A stretch of 64,000 nucleotides of DNA from NCBI RefSeq assembly GCF_009914755.1, contig NC_060935.1; one strand, given 5' to 3'. Origin of the DNA: the human T2T-CHM13v2.0 reference genome, Homo sapiens. A program made the translations under genes and the position numbers. The notes under the pieces were generated by a model, which was given only the letters and a program-made list of their open reading frames with translations, was not told the origin of the DNA and searched no databases. Of the stretch, positions 16,606-29,200 are shown piece by piece (the first letter of the stretch is position 1; each line of letters opens with the position of its first letter).

Positions 16606-17885
16606 TTTATTCCCTCTGGTATTCTCAGTGTGTCTATATTCCACCTTTTGTAGTTCTCCAGTCCTTGGATATTCTGTTCTGTTTGTTGTTGTAGTTGTTG
16701 TTTCAGTCTTTGTTTTTTTCACTTTTCAGTTTTTGAAGTTTTTATGTATATGTTCTCAAACTCAGAGGTTCTTTCCTCAGCTCTGTGTATTCTACTAATA
16801 ATCTCATCAAAGGCACTCTGTATTTCTATTACAGTGTTTTTTATCTCTAGCATTTATTTTTGGTATTTATATCTGACTACCCATCTGTTTTCGCATGCTA
16901 TCTACTTCATTAAAGAGATTTTTAAAGCATATGAATTGTAGTTGTTTGCACTTTCTGGTCTTTTAATTCCAACATCCTTTCTATGTCTGGTTCTCATATT
17001 TGCTCTGTCTTTTCAAATTGTGTGTTTTGGCTTTGAATATGCCTTGTAATTCATTTGTCGATAGCCAGATATGATGCACAGGTAAAACAAACTGCTGTCA
17101 ATAGGACTCTAGTAATAGTGGTAAGGTGTTAGGGGAGGAGATGAATTCTCCAGTCCTACAGTGAGGCCTCAGTCTTTTAGTGAGGCTACACATACTCTGG
17201 GATGTGAAGTTCACAATTGTTTCTCAGTAGCTTTCTCCCGCCTTAGGTTTGACTGGAAGACTAGAGTGGGCTAGAGTTTGGCATTTCTTTTCTCGCACAT
17301 GGAAGGCTGGAGCTAGCTGGAGTCAGGTGTTTTTCTTCTCCCAGTCAGTTAGGTTCTGATAATATCCCAGAAGGTTAAGTTCTTGTTAACTAGTTTCTTG
17401 AGGGCAGGCCTTGTTATGAACTGATTACTCTGGCATATTTCAAAATGGTTCCTTTTTCCCTCTCCCTGCCAGAAGGAGGAGGGGATTTTACTCTGATATT
17501 TACTATGAGAACCTGGAGATAAATTTCACATTTTCTCCCCACCCATGGCTGAGTACTTCTGGAGTTTTTAACTTTCAATCCTGTCCACACTGAGCCTCAG
17601 GCAATTCATCAACTAGAATTCAGATTTTCCTACTCAAGCACTAGTTCCCAGGTTGGTTTTTACTTGTTAGTCTCTGCTTTTCTGCTGTGATAAGCTGTTA
17701 CTCCCTGTATTCACCATTTTTTTCTCTCCAGTCCTGGGTGCAATGGTTTGCCCTATATCCTCACCTCTCTTAGGGATCCAAGAGGAATTGTTAATTTTTC
17801 ATTTTCTTTAGCTTTATACTTGTTGTTAAGATAAAGTGGCAACTTCTAAGCTTCTTACATGCAGAACCAGAAGCTGAAAGTTACT
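16605..17885 (-). mobile_element. Probable 5' region (ORF1/5' UTR remnant) of ancient L1M
   Basis: T-rich sequence resembling antisense L1MC/MD 5' ends and contiguous with L1. Confidence 0.5.
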
Positions 17886-18894
17886 GGTTCATTTTTTAAT
17901 AATTTTATTTCATTGCTGAGATTTAATATATGTCCATCTCTCTTGCTGATTCAACCTAGTGTTTTCGGGTGGACTCTTGTTCAACCCCAGGGGAGAAAGA
18001 ACCTGCCTAGGTGGCCTTTTAATGTCAATGTAAACATCAGGAATTACTGGGTCTGGATTGCTTTTCTATTTTAGATGGGGCATTATAGGATGCCATAGTG
18101 CTATAGTGTTTCTCTACTCCCGGAGTTACTTCTTTTTCTTCTCTTCTTGGAATTGCCTTTTGTTGATTTCTTACTTGATTTCTCACATTAAGAGTTGTGC
18201 TTTGTGAGGGGGTAATATGGAGAGATGAGTCTACATCATCTTGTCTGGACTAGATTTCTCTGTTTAGTTCATCCCTAAAGTTTAACCACAGCTATACCAA
18301 GGCATCGAATGTAGCCTATGGCTAGTTTAAATATTTAATACAACATTCTAGTCTCAAATAGTTTCATTGTAGAATATTAGCATACTTACAGCAAGTTGTT
18401 TAATTAATAAATGATTTTTGTTTCAATTATAATACTATACTATTTAATTAGTTGAGTCTTATAGCCCTACTAGTAATTCATGAGCTAAGTTTTAAAGGTG
18501 AAAGAAACAAAAAAAGATATTAAATAAAAATAAAGGAGAAAAGTTAGATGTTGGCCTCCTATGAATTAAGCCAGACAGGCTACATTTCTGATACTAATTT
18601 TCCCTAAAAAGTTGGGGAAATATAATGAACATTTGTAGACCAATTGTTTGTCTCCCCAGGTGTGCTTCCAGGTATATAAAAAAAACCTAAAGGGGTATGT
18701 ATAAAGGTATTAGAAGTAGTTGTCTTTTGGTGGGTGGGATTTGACAGTATTTCTTATTTTCTTCTTTTTATTTCTCATCATTTTCCATAATTTTGATGAC
18801 ATGTTAAAGTTTTTGTGTACATACATTTAAATAAAGTAACATGTTAAAATTTTATACTTGCAAATTGTTGATTTCTCCAAATACTTTAAGAGGT

Positions 18895-19140
18895 CAGATA
18901 ATATAGTGATTAATGGCCAAGTCACTGAAGTCAACAGATACAGATATGAACTCTGGCTCTGTTACTGGTAACTTATTGTGATCTTAGGCAGGTTACTTAA
19001 GTACACTAGGTCTCAGTTTCCTTATTTAAAAATTAGAGATAACAATAATATCTTTTGTATTTCACTATTGTGCTGAGAAGAAAAGACATATTGCACATAA
19101 ACTATAGAGTGAGGACTTAATACATTGTAGCAGTTATTAT
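18895..19140 (+). mobile_element. MIR
   Basis: Core TGTGATCTTAGGCAGGTTACTTAA..TCTCAGTTTCCTTAT. Confidence 0.8.
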
Positions 19141-20269
19141 TTTCATTATTGTTGTCAGAGCCCTGTTTACAACCAAGCCAATTCAATTTGAGCAGCAGGG
19201 CATATAGTATTAGGGTCCTGGGAGCATCAAAAGCCCTTCATAACTCTGAAATCCCCTCTTCCACAGCTATAGTAACACTAACTGTTAAGATTAGCATAAT
19301 CAAGAAGCCCCAAGATGCAGTTACTGGATTTACTAGAAGCCTCCAGTCTCTGAACTACAACTTAGCATCATCTATAATGGGCTAGGTGGTTGCTTCTCTG
19401 GTTTCTTGCAGGTCTAAAGTACTTAATCTACATTTCTTCATACTTGAATTAAAAATTTAGAGCAATAATTCTGAAATGTAGAAAAGACTAAAGATTAAAA
19501 TTATAAATTTTCTTTGAACAGCTGCCAGCCAGAAAGATCCTATCTGCGGAAAGCCATGAGGTTACTCCCTTGCAATATAAACATCCCCAGCCACATGGAC
19601 ACAGACACCTGCACATCATAGGCAGAGGCATTATCATTGGAATGACATAATCTGGAATAATTATTGGGGACCTTAACACTAGATAAAAATTATATCTTGT
19701 TTTCAGTTTTATTTACGCCAGATATTATGGGGTTCACAATTTCATAAAATAAACAGAACTCTGACTTGTGTTTCACAGTTTGCATAGCATAGCTAATCTC
19801 ACAGGTTTCATGTTGATGCTAGGTATGGGGAACTGTGTTGTTTTGACCTAACTATATACACAAATTCTTTTCCATGTAAGAAACGCAAATAAGTGCATGA
19901 AAAATTACCTGTCCTGTGAAATAGTATGTGATAAATTATCTGTCCTGAATAACTATTGAGTTTATATGTGAAAACAAATTTAAGAAGTGTAAATTAAGTA
20001 GTGGTCAGGAATAAAAATATAGCAGGAATTTTTGGAGACAGATAAACCAAGAGCTAAGACCTAGCTAAACTGTGTATTATTTACATTCATTTGATCAAGT
20101 TTTTTTGGCTTTTCTGAACTTCTATTTTTTCTCTATAATAGATGCAATGATGCCTAACTCTCAAGGCTGTGGGGCTGAAATGAAAGAATATATGGAGCCC
20201 TTAAGAGGGGGCTTGGTAAATAAGTGCAATGATTCCCATTAATTTATAATATTTCACAGACTCCAGAGA

Positions 20270-20390
20270 ATGTGTATATGCATATATATATCTATATATA
20301 CATATTTATAATGTATGTTTATATAGACAAACATATATGTATGTGTGCATACATACACATATTTGTAGTTCATTTTATGCATGTGTTATA
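20270..20390. repeat. TA/TG-rich simple repeat
   Basis: Directly visible. Confidence 0.8.
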
Positions 20391-21269
20391 CTTTAGAGAT
20401 TAGAGGATGGTTATTCAATTGATTTCCAAAATATTCTCCAATCTCCCAGATCCCAAAAGTTTAGAAAGAATAATTGATTTTGAATTCAGAGAAACATATT
20501 TATTTAAAACATATGAAATTTCTGGGTTTGAGGCTAAAGAAAATTGACTATGAGTAGTTTAATATGGCTTAATCTATTAAGTTTCATAGCCTTTATTGTT
20601 TGTGGTTGACTAAGTCTACAGAGTGGATTGGGAACAAGCACTGGTTCTTGATGGATAGACTAGATTTAAACAGATGTGAAGAAGCTCATTTGGGGAACAC
20701 ATTCATGCCATGGTGACAGCAAGACTATTCAGAGCTGAACATGCTAATTCCAGCATACCTGTTTTTCTCTTTGACAGAGGCAAAATTCTGCCCTCCCCAC
20801 TAAGCTAAGGTATGCAAATTCTAAAGGAGAAAAAGACTTGTTATCAGTAGCTTCTTTAATTCTTTTTATTCACTATTTCCAATTGTATTCGGCTCTCTGA
20901 GTATTTCATGGAACAGTGTAAAGTCACTAGAGCTCTTGCTCTTCATGAGTAATCTTTTTATTCCCAGGGAAGACATTTTATTTAGTGAGACTCATTACAG
21001 TTCAACACCATTCCAATCAAGTTGTCCATTGCAATTTCCAGGGTGTAAGGTGTATGTTCAATCATCAAAGTAGAGCTATTCACTGATCCTCTTATGCTGC
21101 CCACAGAATCATACACAGAAAATTATTTGATGCATAACATGAATTCCCCAATGTATTAAGTGCAAATGATAAGATGCCTTAGAGACCACTGCAGACACTT
21201 GTAGCTAATGAGAAAATCTTACAGAAGAGGGAAAATACCATGCTGAGAATCTGCTTTGTTACAGTGGAT

Positions 21270-21475
21270 ATGAGAAAGAAATTGTCCTCAGGAAGTCTAG
21301 TGTCAGAACTGCTTCTGTCACTTGCTCATTGCAGACCTTGGACAATTTGCCTTAATCCATCTACAGTTTAGTTACCTTATCTATAAAATAAATTGGCTCT
21401 ACCAAATTGTGTCTCTATTGTGAACCACAAATGTGATAACATGCATAAAATTCTTTACAGGTGATAAAGTGAGAT
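21270..21475 (+). mobile_element. MIR
   Basis: GACCTTGGACAA..CTTAA..CAGTTT..CTTATCTATAAAAT. Confidence 0.6.
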
Positions 21476-21539
21476 TCAAAAATCTTACTTCGTTACAAGC
21501 AGACACTGTTTCAGACACTTTGGAATGTATTTTGTCTAT

Positions 21540-21735
21540 TTTGAAATAACTTGAAGAGTATAATTGGGTTGTTCAAACTCAAAGGATAAATGCTTGAAGG
21601 GATGGATACACTATTCTCCATGATGTGCTTATTTCACACCGTATGGCTGTATCAAAACATCTCATGTACCTCATAAGTATATACACCTACTATGTACCCA
21701 CATAAAATTTTAAAAACAATTTAAAAATTTTAAAA
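21540..21735 (+). mobile_element. L1MA 3' end fragment
   Basis: AAAGGATAAATGCTTGA..GATGGATAC..CTACTATGTACCCAC, the same type of end as 2810-2975. Confidence 0.8.
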
Positions 21736-22235
21736 AGCATTAGACATAGGTACATACAAACTAAGGAAAACTTTAAATATCAAAAGAAGGACAATAAATA
21801 ATTCCATGTAATACAAAAGTTAAACAGAAAAGGAAATATAATCAAAGTTTTCTATGTAGCTCAGCTGTAATAGCATATACATGTAATAACATATACATCT
21901 CTACAGTAATGGAAACATTAAATAATGATGAAAAAATTATGAAATTGGTATACCAGAAAAGAGAGAGAAAAATGTTCAGGGGGTTTAGGATGGTCATGAG
22001 GAAGGGTATATAAGAAAGGTAAATATTCATTTAACACACTAGGAAGTGAATGCATAATGTCTATATTTTAAAAATGAGTAATGGTAATATGCATATTATT
22101 TAGAAATATGGAAGTAACTAGCAAGGAAAAAGGAACTAAATGAGTTGAAAGTTGTTCTTTCAATGTGTTGAGGACTAGGGTTGGGGATGGTGGGGAGGGG
22201 GATTACTATAGACCATTCTAAACCTCCCTGTCCTA

Positions 22236-22470
22236 TTTGTTTTATTGTGTTAAGAACACCAAACATGAGCTCTACCCTCTTAACAAAGTTTTAAGTATAT
22301 AATATAGTGTTGTTAATTGTAAGTGCAATGCTATACAGCAGAATTTATTTCTCTTCCATAACTGAAATTTTGTACCTGTTGATTAGCAACTCTCTATTTT
22401 TCCTTTCTCCCAATTTCTGGCAACTACCATTCTATCCTCTGATTTCCTGAGTTTGACTATTTTGGATGCT
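22236..22470 (-). mobile_element. L1MA9/L1MB-like 3' UTR fragment
   Basis: CTACCCTCTTAACAA..CTGGCAACTACCATTCTA..GAGTTTGACTATTTT. Confidence 0.75.
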
Positions 22471-22954
22471 ATTACCCACATAACAGGCGGGTTCAACCTC
22501 TTGGTGAGTGGCAGTCCAATGACCGCAACCAGCAAGGTTTTAACAAAGGGCATTTTTATTACTTGCAGCAAGTAAGGAGGACACTGGGGATAATTCCCCA
22601 AATCAGTGCGTCCCAAGCATCGGTGAAACAGGGGTTTTATTGGGCTGGTTAGCTGAGACATTGTATGTGGAGGTGGAGTAAAGGCAGTGCAGCCACCATT
22701 GCCAATCATGCTTCCACATACATTGCATGTATAGAAAATGGTAAATAAGTTCCTCCCTCAGTGGGAATTTTAGTACAGAAATGAGGAGAGTTTGCCAAAG
22801 TTCATCTCCAACTCAGGTATCTCTGGATCCAACAAATTTTTGTTTCTCCAGGGCTGAGCTTCTTCCTGAAACTTTTTCAAAGAACAACTCAAGGTGCAAC
22901 AGCTATAAGTGGGCACTTTTACACAGTGCATAGCCCAAAACCTGGGACTTTACA
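22470..22954 (-). mobile_element. Probable ERV1-class LTR, family uncertain
   Basis: TTTATTACTTGCAGCAAGTAAGGAGGACAC..CCCAAA.CAGTG resembles antisense MER4-group LTRs, and the segment ends in ACA. Confidence 0.5.
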
Positions 22955-22989
22955 TTGGCATATCTCATGGTTGTGGAACAAGGAATGAA

Positions 22990-23250
22990 TGCTATGGTAT
23001 GAAGGTCTGTGCCACTCCTCAAATTCATATGTTGAAATCCTAATCCCCTGTGTGATAGTATTAGAAAGGAGGGCCTTCAGGAGATAATTAGTTAATAAGG
23101 GCAAAGCCCTCATGAATGAGATTAGTACCCTTATAAGAACAAACATAACAGCACTTGCACACACATATTCTTTCTTCCTCTCTCTCTCTTTCTCTCTCCA
23201 CCCCCCCCCCGCCACCCCCCACCAGAAAACAACCCTCTGCAAACCAGGAA
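22990..23250 (+). mobile_element. MLT1A/MST-type LTR 5' part
   Basis: TGCTATGGT..AAATTCATATGTTGAAATCCTAATCCCC..GCCCTCATGAATG.GATTAGT.CCCTTATAA. Confidence 0.8.
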
Positions 23251-23730
23251 CTTGAAGAACATTATGCCACAGTAAGTGAAATAAGCCAGTCACAGAAGAC
23301 CAAATACTACATGATTATACTTATGTGAGAGATCTAAAATAGTCAAACTCACAAAAGCAGAAATACAATAGTCATTGCCAGGGGCTGGGGAAGGAATTAC
23401 AGTTGTTCAACCAGTACAAAGTTCCAGTTAACGCTAGATGAATAATTCTAGAGATTTGAATACAACATAGTGCCTGCAGTTTACAAGAATACATTTTGCA
23501 CTTCAGAATTTTTTGAGGGTAGATCTCATCTTATGTGTTCTCACCACAAAACAAACAAAAAGCAAATAACAATGGGACACGAGGAAACTTTGGGAGGTGT
23601 TAGATATATCTATGACCTTGATTGTGGTGATGGTATCACAGGTGTTTGCATATGTCCACACTCATCAAACTAAATATGTGAAATTCTTTATATATCCATT
23701 ATATTTCAATAAGCTGTTAAAAAATAAAAG
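23250..23730 (+). mobile_element. L1MB-like 3' UTR
   Basis: AAGTGAAATAAGCCAGTCACAGAA..GAGGAAACTTTGGGAGGTG..CTTGATTGTGGTGATGGT. Confidence 0.8.
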
Positions 23731-23764
23731 ATGTTTCTAAAAATGCTAAATAAAAAAGAAGAGA

Positions 23765-24305
23765 GCACTAGAGGAGGCAGAGCACGATTGCCAAATTAAA
23801 GCCCTCACCAATCATCCTCCCCACAGCACCTTCATAAGAACCAAAAATCAGGTGTGTGATCACTGAAACAGGCACTGAAGAGAGTAGAAAAGACAGTCAT
23901 GAGTTGCTAATGGCACATCACTCCTTCTCCCCTCAGCCCCCCACCCTCATCCCCGCAAAGGCCTCATGGTGTGCTCATGGTGTGTGGAAAGAATCAATAT
24001 TCACCACAAGGTGACTGAAGAGCCCTTAGACCTTGAATAAACATAGGTACTTGACCTAATACTTGCTGAGGCAGTACTTGTCACAGTCCTGGGGCTGTTT
24101 TGGCTACAGGGAGCTACTCCTCTGCTTGTGGAAAGAGGAGGAAAGAAAGGAAAGGACTTTGTGTTGTGACTTAGTTGTCAGCTCAGCGGTAGTGGAATAG
24201 AGCACCAGGTAGACTCCTAAGGTAGACTGCAGGCACTGACTCCCAGACAGCATCTCTGGACCTGCCCAGGACCAGGGGATCTTGCCACCCTGAAGGGAAG
24301 GACTT
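23765..24305 (+). mobile_element. Probable L1PB/L1MA 5' UTR fragment
   Basis: GAGGCAGAGCA.GAT.GCCAAAT..AAGAACCAAAAATCAGGTG..CACCCTGAAGGGAAGGAC. Confidence 0.6.
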
Positions 24306-25289
24306 TTTACTCCACTATCTTGGTGACATCACTGCTCCCTAAGATGCATTTAAAACTTGCTTTTCTTTCAACTAGCAGAAAAGTCTATAGAGAAGCTGAT
24401 TTCAAAAACAATAACGAAAGCATTGACCATAAGAACTAAAAATTGATGAGCTTTTAACAGTTCATTTACCCAAAGATGCAATACTGTTATTGTTTTGTAA
24501 TTAAATTATAATGACAGAGATCCACTAACGTAATTTTTTAGACAAATATGTGCTGGGTCCAAGTATGAAGACTTCAGTATATTTCTAATGTAAATATATA
24601 CCCACATTTTAAAATAAAAAAATATTGTTTTTTACTCTTAAGTTATGAAATTAGCTGTACAGGGAACAACTAAATAATAATCAATGTTGCTCTCAAACAG
24701 TTTAGTTACCAAGCAGATTTTGCAAACCACAATCTCCTAACCTATTTTTATATAAGTTGCTCCTCTCAAGCATGCTCAGCTGTAACTATCATGAGGTTTT
24801 GAAACTTTCAGCTAAACAAATCACATTATTTTCATGGGTCAATAAAGAAGTCTGTTATAAGTGCGAAAGGAGTTGCTCCAACATTAAAATTTAAACACAA
24901 AAGACTGTTCTCCATGGAAAAATAATTTTAGAGTGTGAAGAATGAAAACATGCACAGTTGTGAGGAAAAAAAGCTTATATTCTATCAATACATATTTGTT
25001 ATGTACTTATTCTTTGGCCAAATTTGTCATGGAAATAGGAATACTGCAATACTGAAGGCCTAGAACTACACTGAAGTAGTTCTCACAGTTCTGTCACAAA
25101 ACACATGTATAAACAATAATTTCAAATGTGTATAAAGTTAAACTATTATCTACATAATGTAGAAGTATAAAGAAGGAGTGATAAATTACAGCGGTGGCAG
25201 AGTGAGAATGGTATGAAAGTTTTCACAAAAAGAAAATAAACAGTTTGAGGCTTGTTATATTTTGGCTAACACATAATAATACAGGCTAA

Positions 25290-25450
25290 TACTATTGATT
25301 CCTTAATATATGATAAGTGCATTAATTATTTCATTTGGTCCTTATAACTATTCTATAAGATAGATAATGTTATCTCTGTTTTACTAATGAAGAACTGAGG
25401 CTCATGCCACGTAGGAAGGGGTAGAGCTAGGATTGCAGCACAAGCATTTT
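25290..25450 (-). mobile_element. MIR
   Basis: TTATCTCTGTTTTAC.AATGAAGAACTGAGGCTCA. Confidence 0.65.
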
Positions 25451-25499
25451 TTTCTTTTTCTAAAGCCATTGCTGCCTCTCATATAAAAAGAAGGAATGC

Positions 25500-26430
25500 C
25501 CTTTGGGTAGAAGTCACATTTGCAGAATTCAAACATGTGAAATAGAATTAAACTTTTTCAGCACTAAAAATAATTCGTATATTTGAAGCAAAGGCTGTAC
25601 TTGAAAGAGTGAACAGGTACAGGGTTGGATGGAGAATTAGAGGCCAGACCAAGTGGAACCATGTATGCTTTGATTATAGAGTAAGGAATGGAGAACTATA
25701 AAACTGAAGGCACAGAGATTAGGTAAGAGGTTCACAATAGTCAAGGTGAAAGAAATGAAGAAAGGAGAAGCAGTAAAGAAAGAGACAAGAATTGGATAGA
25801 CAAATTGTAAGAAAGAAGAGTTGATAGTGAGAGGTGACAGCATGCTGGCAGCCCTCGCTCGCTCTCAGCGCCTCCTCGGCCTCGGGGCCCACTCTGGCCA
25901 CGCTTGAGGAGCCCTTCAGCCCACCGCTGCATTGTGGGAGCCCCTTTCTGGGCTGGCCGAGGCCGGAGTCGGCTCCCTCAGCATGCAGGGAGGTGTGGAG
26001 GGAGAAGTACGGGAGGGAACCCGGGCTGCGCACGGCACTTGCGGGCTAGCGCGAGTTCCGGGTGGATGTGGGCTCGGCGGGCCCTGGTGAGGGGCTTAGT
26101 ACCCAGCCAGCAGCTGCGGAGGGTGCCTGCGTCCCCCAGGAGTGCTGGCGCTCGATTTCTCACCCAGCCTTAGCTGCCTCCCTGTGGGGCAGGGCTCCGG
26201 ACCTGCGGCCCGCCATGCCTGAGCCTCTCCCCTCCCCTCACCCCCGCAGCCCCCCGCCCTGCCCCGCCGGGTAGGTGGCTTCATTCTTGAAGTCAGTGAG
26301 ACCAAGAACCCACCAATTCTGGACACAATAGGATTTGGTGATGTATCTGATGTGGTGAAGAAGACTAGAATGACTCCCAGGTTTATAAACTGAGCAACTA
26401 GATATATATTAGTACCATGAACTAGGGCAC
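25500..26430 (-). mobile_element. L2 remnant interrupted by LTR12
   Basis: Purine-rich sequence with AGGATTTGGTGA..GAATGACTCCCAGGTTT..CTGAGCAACT, typical of antisense L2. Confidence 0.5.
25828..26327 (+). mobile_element. LTR12 (ERV9; C/D/E-type) solo LTR with a large internal deletion
   Basis: The 5' end TGAGAGGTGACAGC.TGCTGGCAGCCCTCG and the 3' end GTCAGTGAGACCAAGAACCCACCAATTCTGGACACA are only 500 bp apart. 4-bp TSD ATAG. Confidence 0.93.
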
Positions 26431-26584
26431 AAAGGAGAGAGCTCCTTTCCCAGAACCAGTTCCTTTATGTCCTTAAGTATTTTGTCTGCATTATTAAGAA
26501 ATGCATGTGCCTAGTAAATACTTAAGAAATCATTGCCTATCATAAAGAATTCTCTAAGAGAAGGCTAGAGCTCTCTTTGTGCAA

Positions 26585-26740
26585 CCAGAATTTTTATTAC
26601 TGATTCAAGCTTGTTTATTGGTTTGTTTAGGTTTTTCATTTCTTCATAGTTCAATTGGGTAGGTTGCATGTGTCTAGAAATCTATCAATTTCTAATAGGT
26701 TATCCAATTTGGTGTGTAAAATGGTTCATAATGTTCAACC
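26585..26740 (-). mobile_element. Short L1 ORF2 fragment
   Basis: TTTTTATTACTGATTCAA..GGTAGGTTGCATGTGTCTAGAAA. Confidence 0.7.
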
Positions 26741-27389
26741 ATTATGCAACCATAGTTTATTTGACTCCCTTTTCTAGGTAAGAAAACATTTTCCCTTTTC
26801 TCCAACTGTCATGATTTCTCTTTAGACTCTGGGCCATAAAATTTAGCAACTTGTTTTGAAAACATACCACATTTTGTGTGTGAGAGAGACACATTCAAAT
26901 TGCTTTTTAGTCATGATCTCGCAGACAGTAACACCAGCTCCATGAGATGTGCCAAGAAACAAATTATCTCTATTTTTAAAAGGCAAAAAAAGGGTTAAGT
27001 ATCTGATTATAGAACTGGAAACAAGCTTAGTTGCTGGAGTCAGCTTGGTGCACGTAAGAGCAACCACCAAATGGCTTCATGGTGAGTGCAAATTGAAGTT
27101 TATTGATACTTGATGTAACTTGACTTATTAGAGTCTTAGTTTACTCATAAACAATGAGCTTAGAAATGAAAGGGAGAATTAAAGAGACTGGCAATGTATG
27201 CAGTTTATTTTTATTTCTTTGTAATCTTTTCTTCTGGTTTGTGCTTTTTTTATAAATAATCTCAAGGTGATGTTCAACATCAAAGAAATATCCATAATAT
27301 GTTTGGCAGAAATGTTTACCATGTAAAAGTGCTTTTGCATCATATATTATCTGGTATCCTACCTTGTCTCATATTTTTGTCATTTTGTT

Positions 27390-28436
27390 TATAGGTCATC
27401 TCATATAATATCTACTGATGAATATATATCTCAAGATCAGTTCTTTTTCCTGAATCCCAGACCCACATGTAGAACTGCTTATGCACTTTTTGGATGACTA
27501 TTAGGTCTCTCAAAACTAGCATATTCAAAACTCAGTTACTGACATTTCTTCCATCCTAGTTTTGCTTCTCCTACATGACTATATGACTATATGACTTCTT
27601 CATATAGTTAATTGCAATTGTGTTCTTTCTGTTGCTCAGGTCAAAATCTTGGAGTCATTCTTAATACTTCTCTTTTACACAGACCTAAAATTGTGTCTTT
27701 GACTAAATTCTACCACCTCTACCTTTAAAATCTATGTGTATTTCAACCACTTTCACCATCTCCAATGCCTCATTAGATCAAACCACCAAGATTCTTGCCT
27801 TAGAAATTATAATAGCCTCCTAACTGGGTTTCCTGGTTCAATTTTGCCTCCAAAACCTATTCACTACATAGTAGCCAAGTCATTCTGTTAAAATGTGACA
27901 GCATATTATCACTTCACTTAAACCTTTCAGTGCCTTCCTCCTCCTTTAAAGTTCAAGTTAAAATCATTACATGATTTACAAGACTCACTGATCTGGCTTC
28001 ATTACTATTCCTCTGAATTTTCTCCTCCTGCAATTCCCTTTAACTCATTCCTTTCTGCTGACACTTGAATCCTTTATACATCATCAGACAGACTCCTGCT
28101 TCGGGGTCTTTGCCTTGAAGGGTTCAATCTGCCGAGAATAATATCTTACAGATGCTTACATAACTTCATCTCTCACATCCTTCAGGTCCTTACTACTTAC
28201 TTGTGGCCTTCCCAATTACCTGCTTAAACTTAGAAGTCTTACTGCAACGCACCTCACCCCTCTTCCCTGCTCTATTTTTCCCGTTAGCTCTTATTACTGC
28301 TTATGATATTAACATGTATTTTTAAAAATTTTATTGCACACTATAATTTAAGTACCATGAGAATAGGCATATTGTCTGTTTTGTTAATGATTTGGTACAT
28401 AGTAACTACTAAATAATAATTTATTGAATTAATGAA
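27390..28436 (+). mobile_element. L2 (L2a-like) 3' portion
   Basis: TTGCTCAGGTCAAAATCTTGGAGTCATTCTT, AATAGCCTCCTAACTGG and terminal ATTTATTGAATTAATGAA. Confidence 0.8.
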
Positions 28437-29200
28437 GGGCTATACATTTTACCCTTAATAGAAGGACTTAGAATTTTGCAACATGTACTAATCAGATTTT
28501 AAGAAACCCGATCATGGAAGAATGTTTGCTGTCATAGCATAGCCTTATAAAAAAATCTATGCCTATCTCATCTATTAGGTAGAGCCTCATAAAAATTCCA
28601 ATATGTAATACTTGTGTTTATCAATTTTTTAAAAGAAAATTGGTAACTTATTTTTGTTCTCAATGCTGATTGCCTTTCTCCTTTGACTTCCTGATATAAT
28701 TTCCAAATTCTTAAATCTAAAAAGAAAATGGTTACTGGTTACTTTAATTAAAGAAAAAAAAACTGTCAATTACCCAGACATTAATTACTTTGGGATCAAT
28801 TGCACCTCTCTCTGCTGAAGATTTTGAAATACTGGGTCAAGTTCTCGGTTTTCCCCTTTCATCATTGTAATTCCTTTTAAAGTGGCCTTCCCCTGAGCAA
28901 AGCTAACAATGAACAAAACTCTAAAGTTTGTCTCTTTTCAAAAAAAATTAAAAATTAAAAAGAAAAGAAGAAAAATAGATTGTATTAATGTCTCTGTTCT
29001 AGTGTAAACAATAATTAGCAGCGAGTTTGACATTTTAAAACAAAATCTTCTAATTAGCTACGAAGAACACCCAACTCCCCTCTATTATTTATTTTTCTTC
29101 TACCTTAATAATTGGCTGGCCTCATATTACCTATTTCTACAAAAACAAAAATGAAACAAACAAAAAACACTCTCAAGGATGCTCAAAGAAAAGGAAGAGG

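Noticed and set aside
22236-23560. Large inverted repeat or DNA transposon TIRs
   Set aside because: The arms are diverged L1MA9/MB 3' UTR pieces, best explained as independent insertions.
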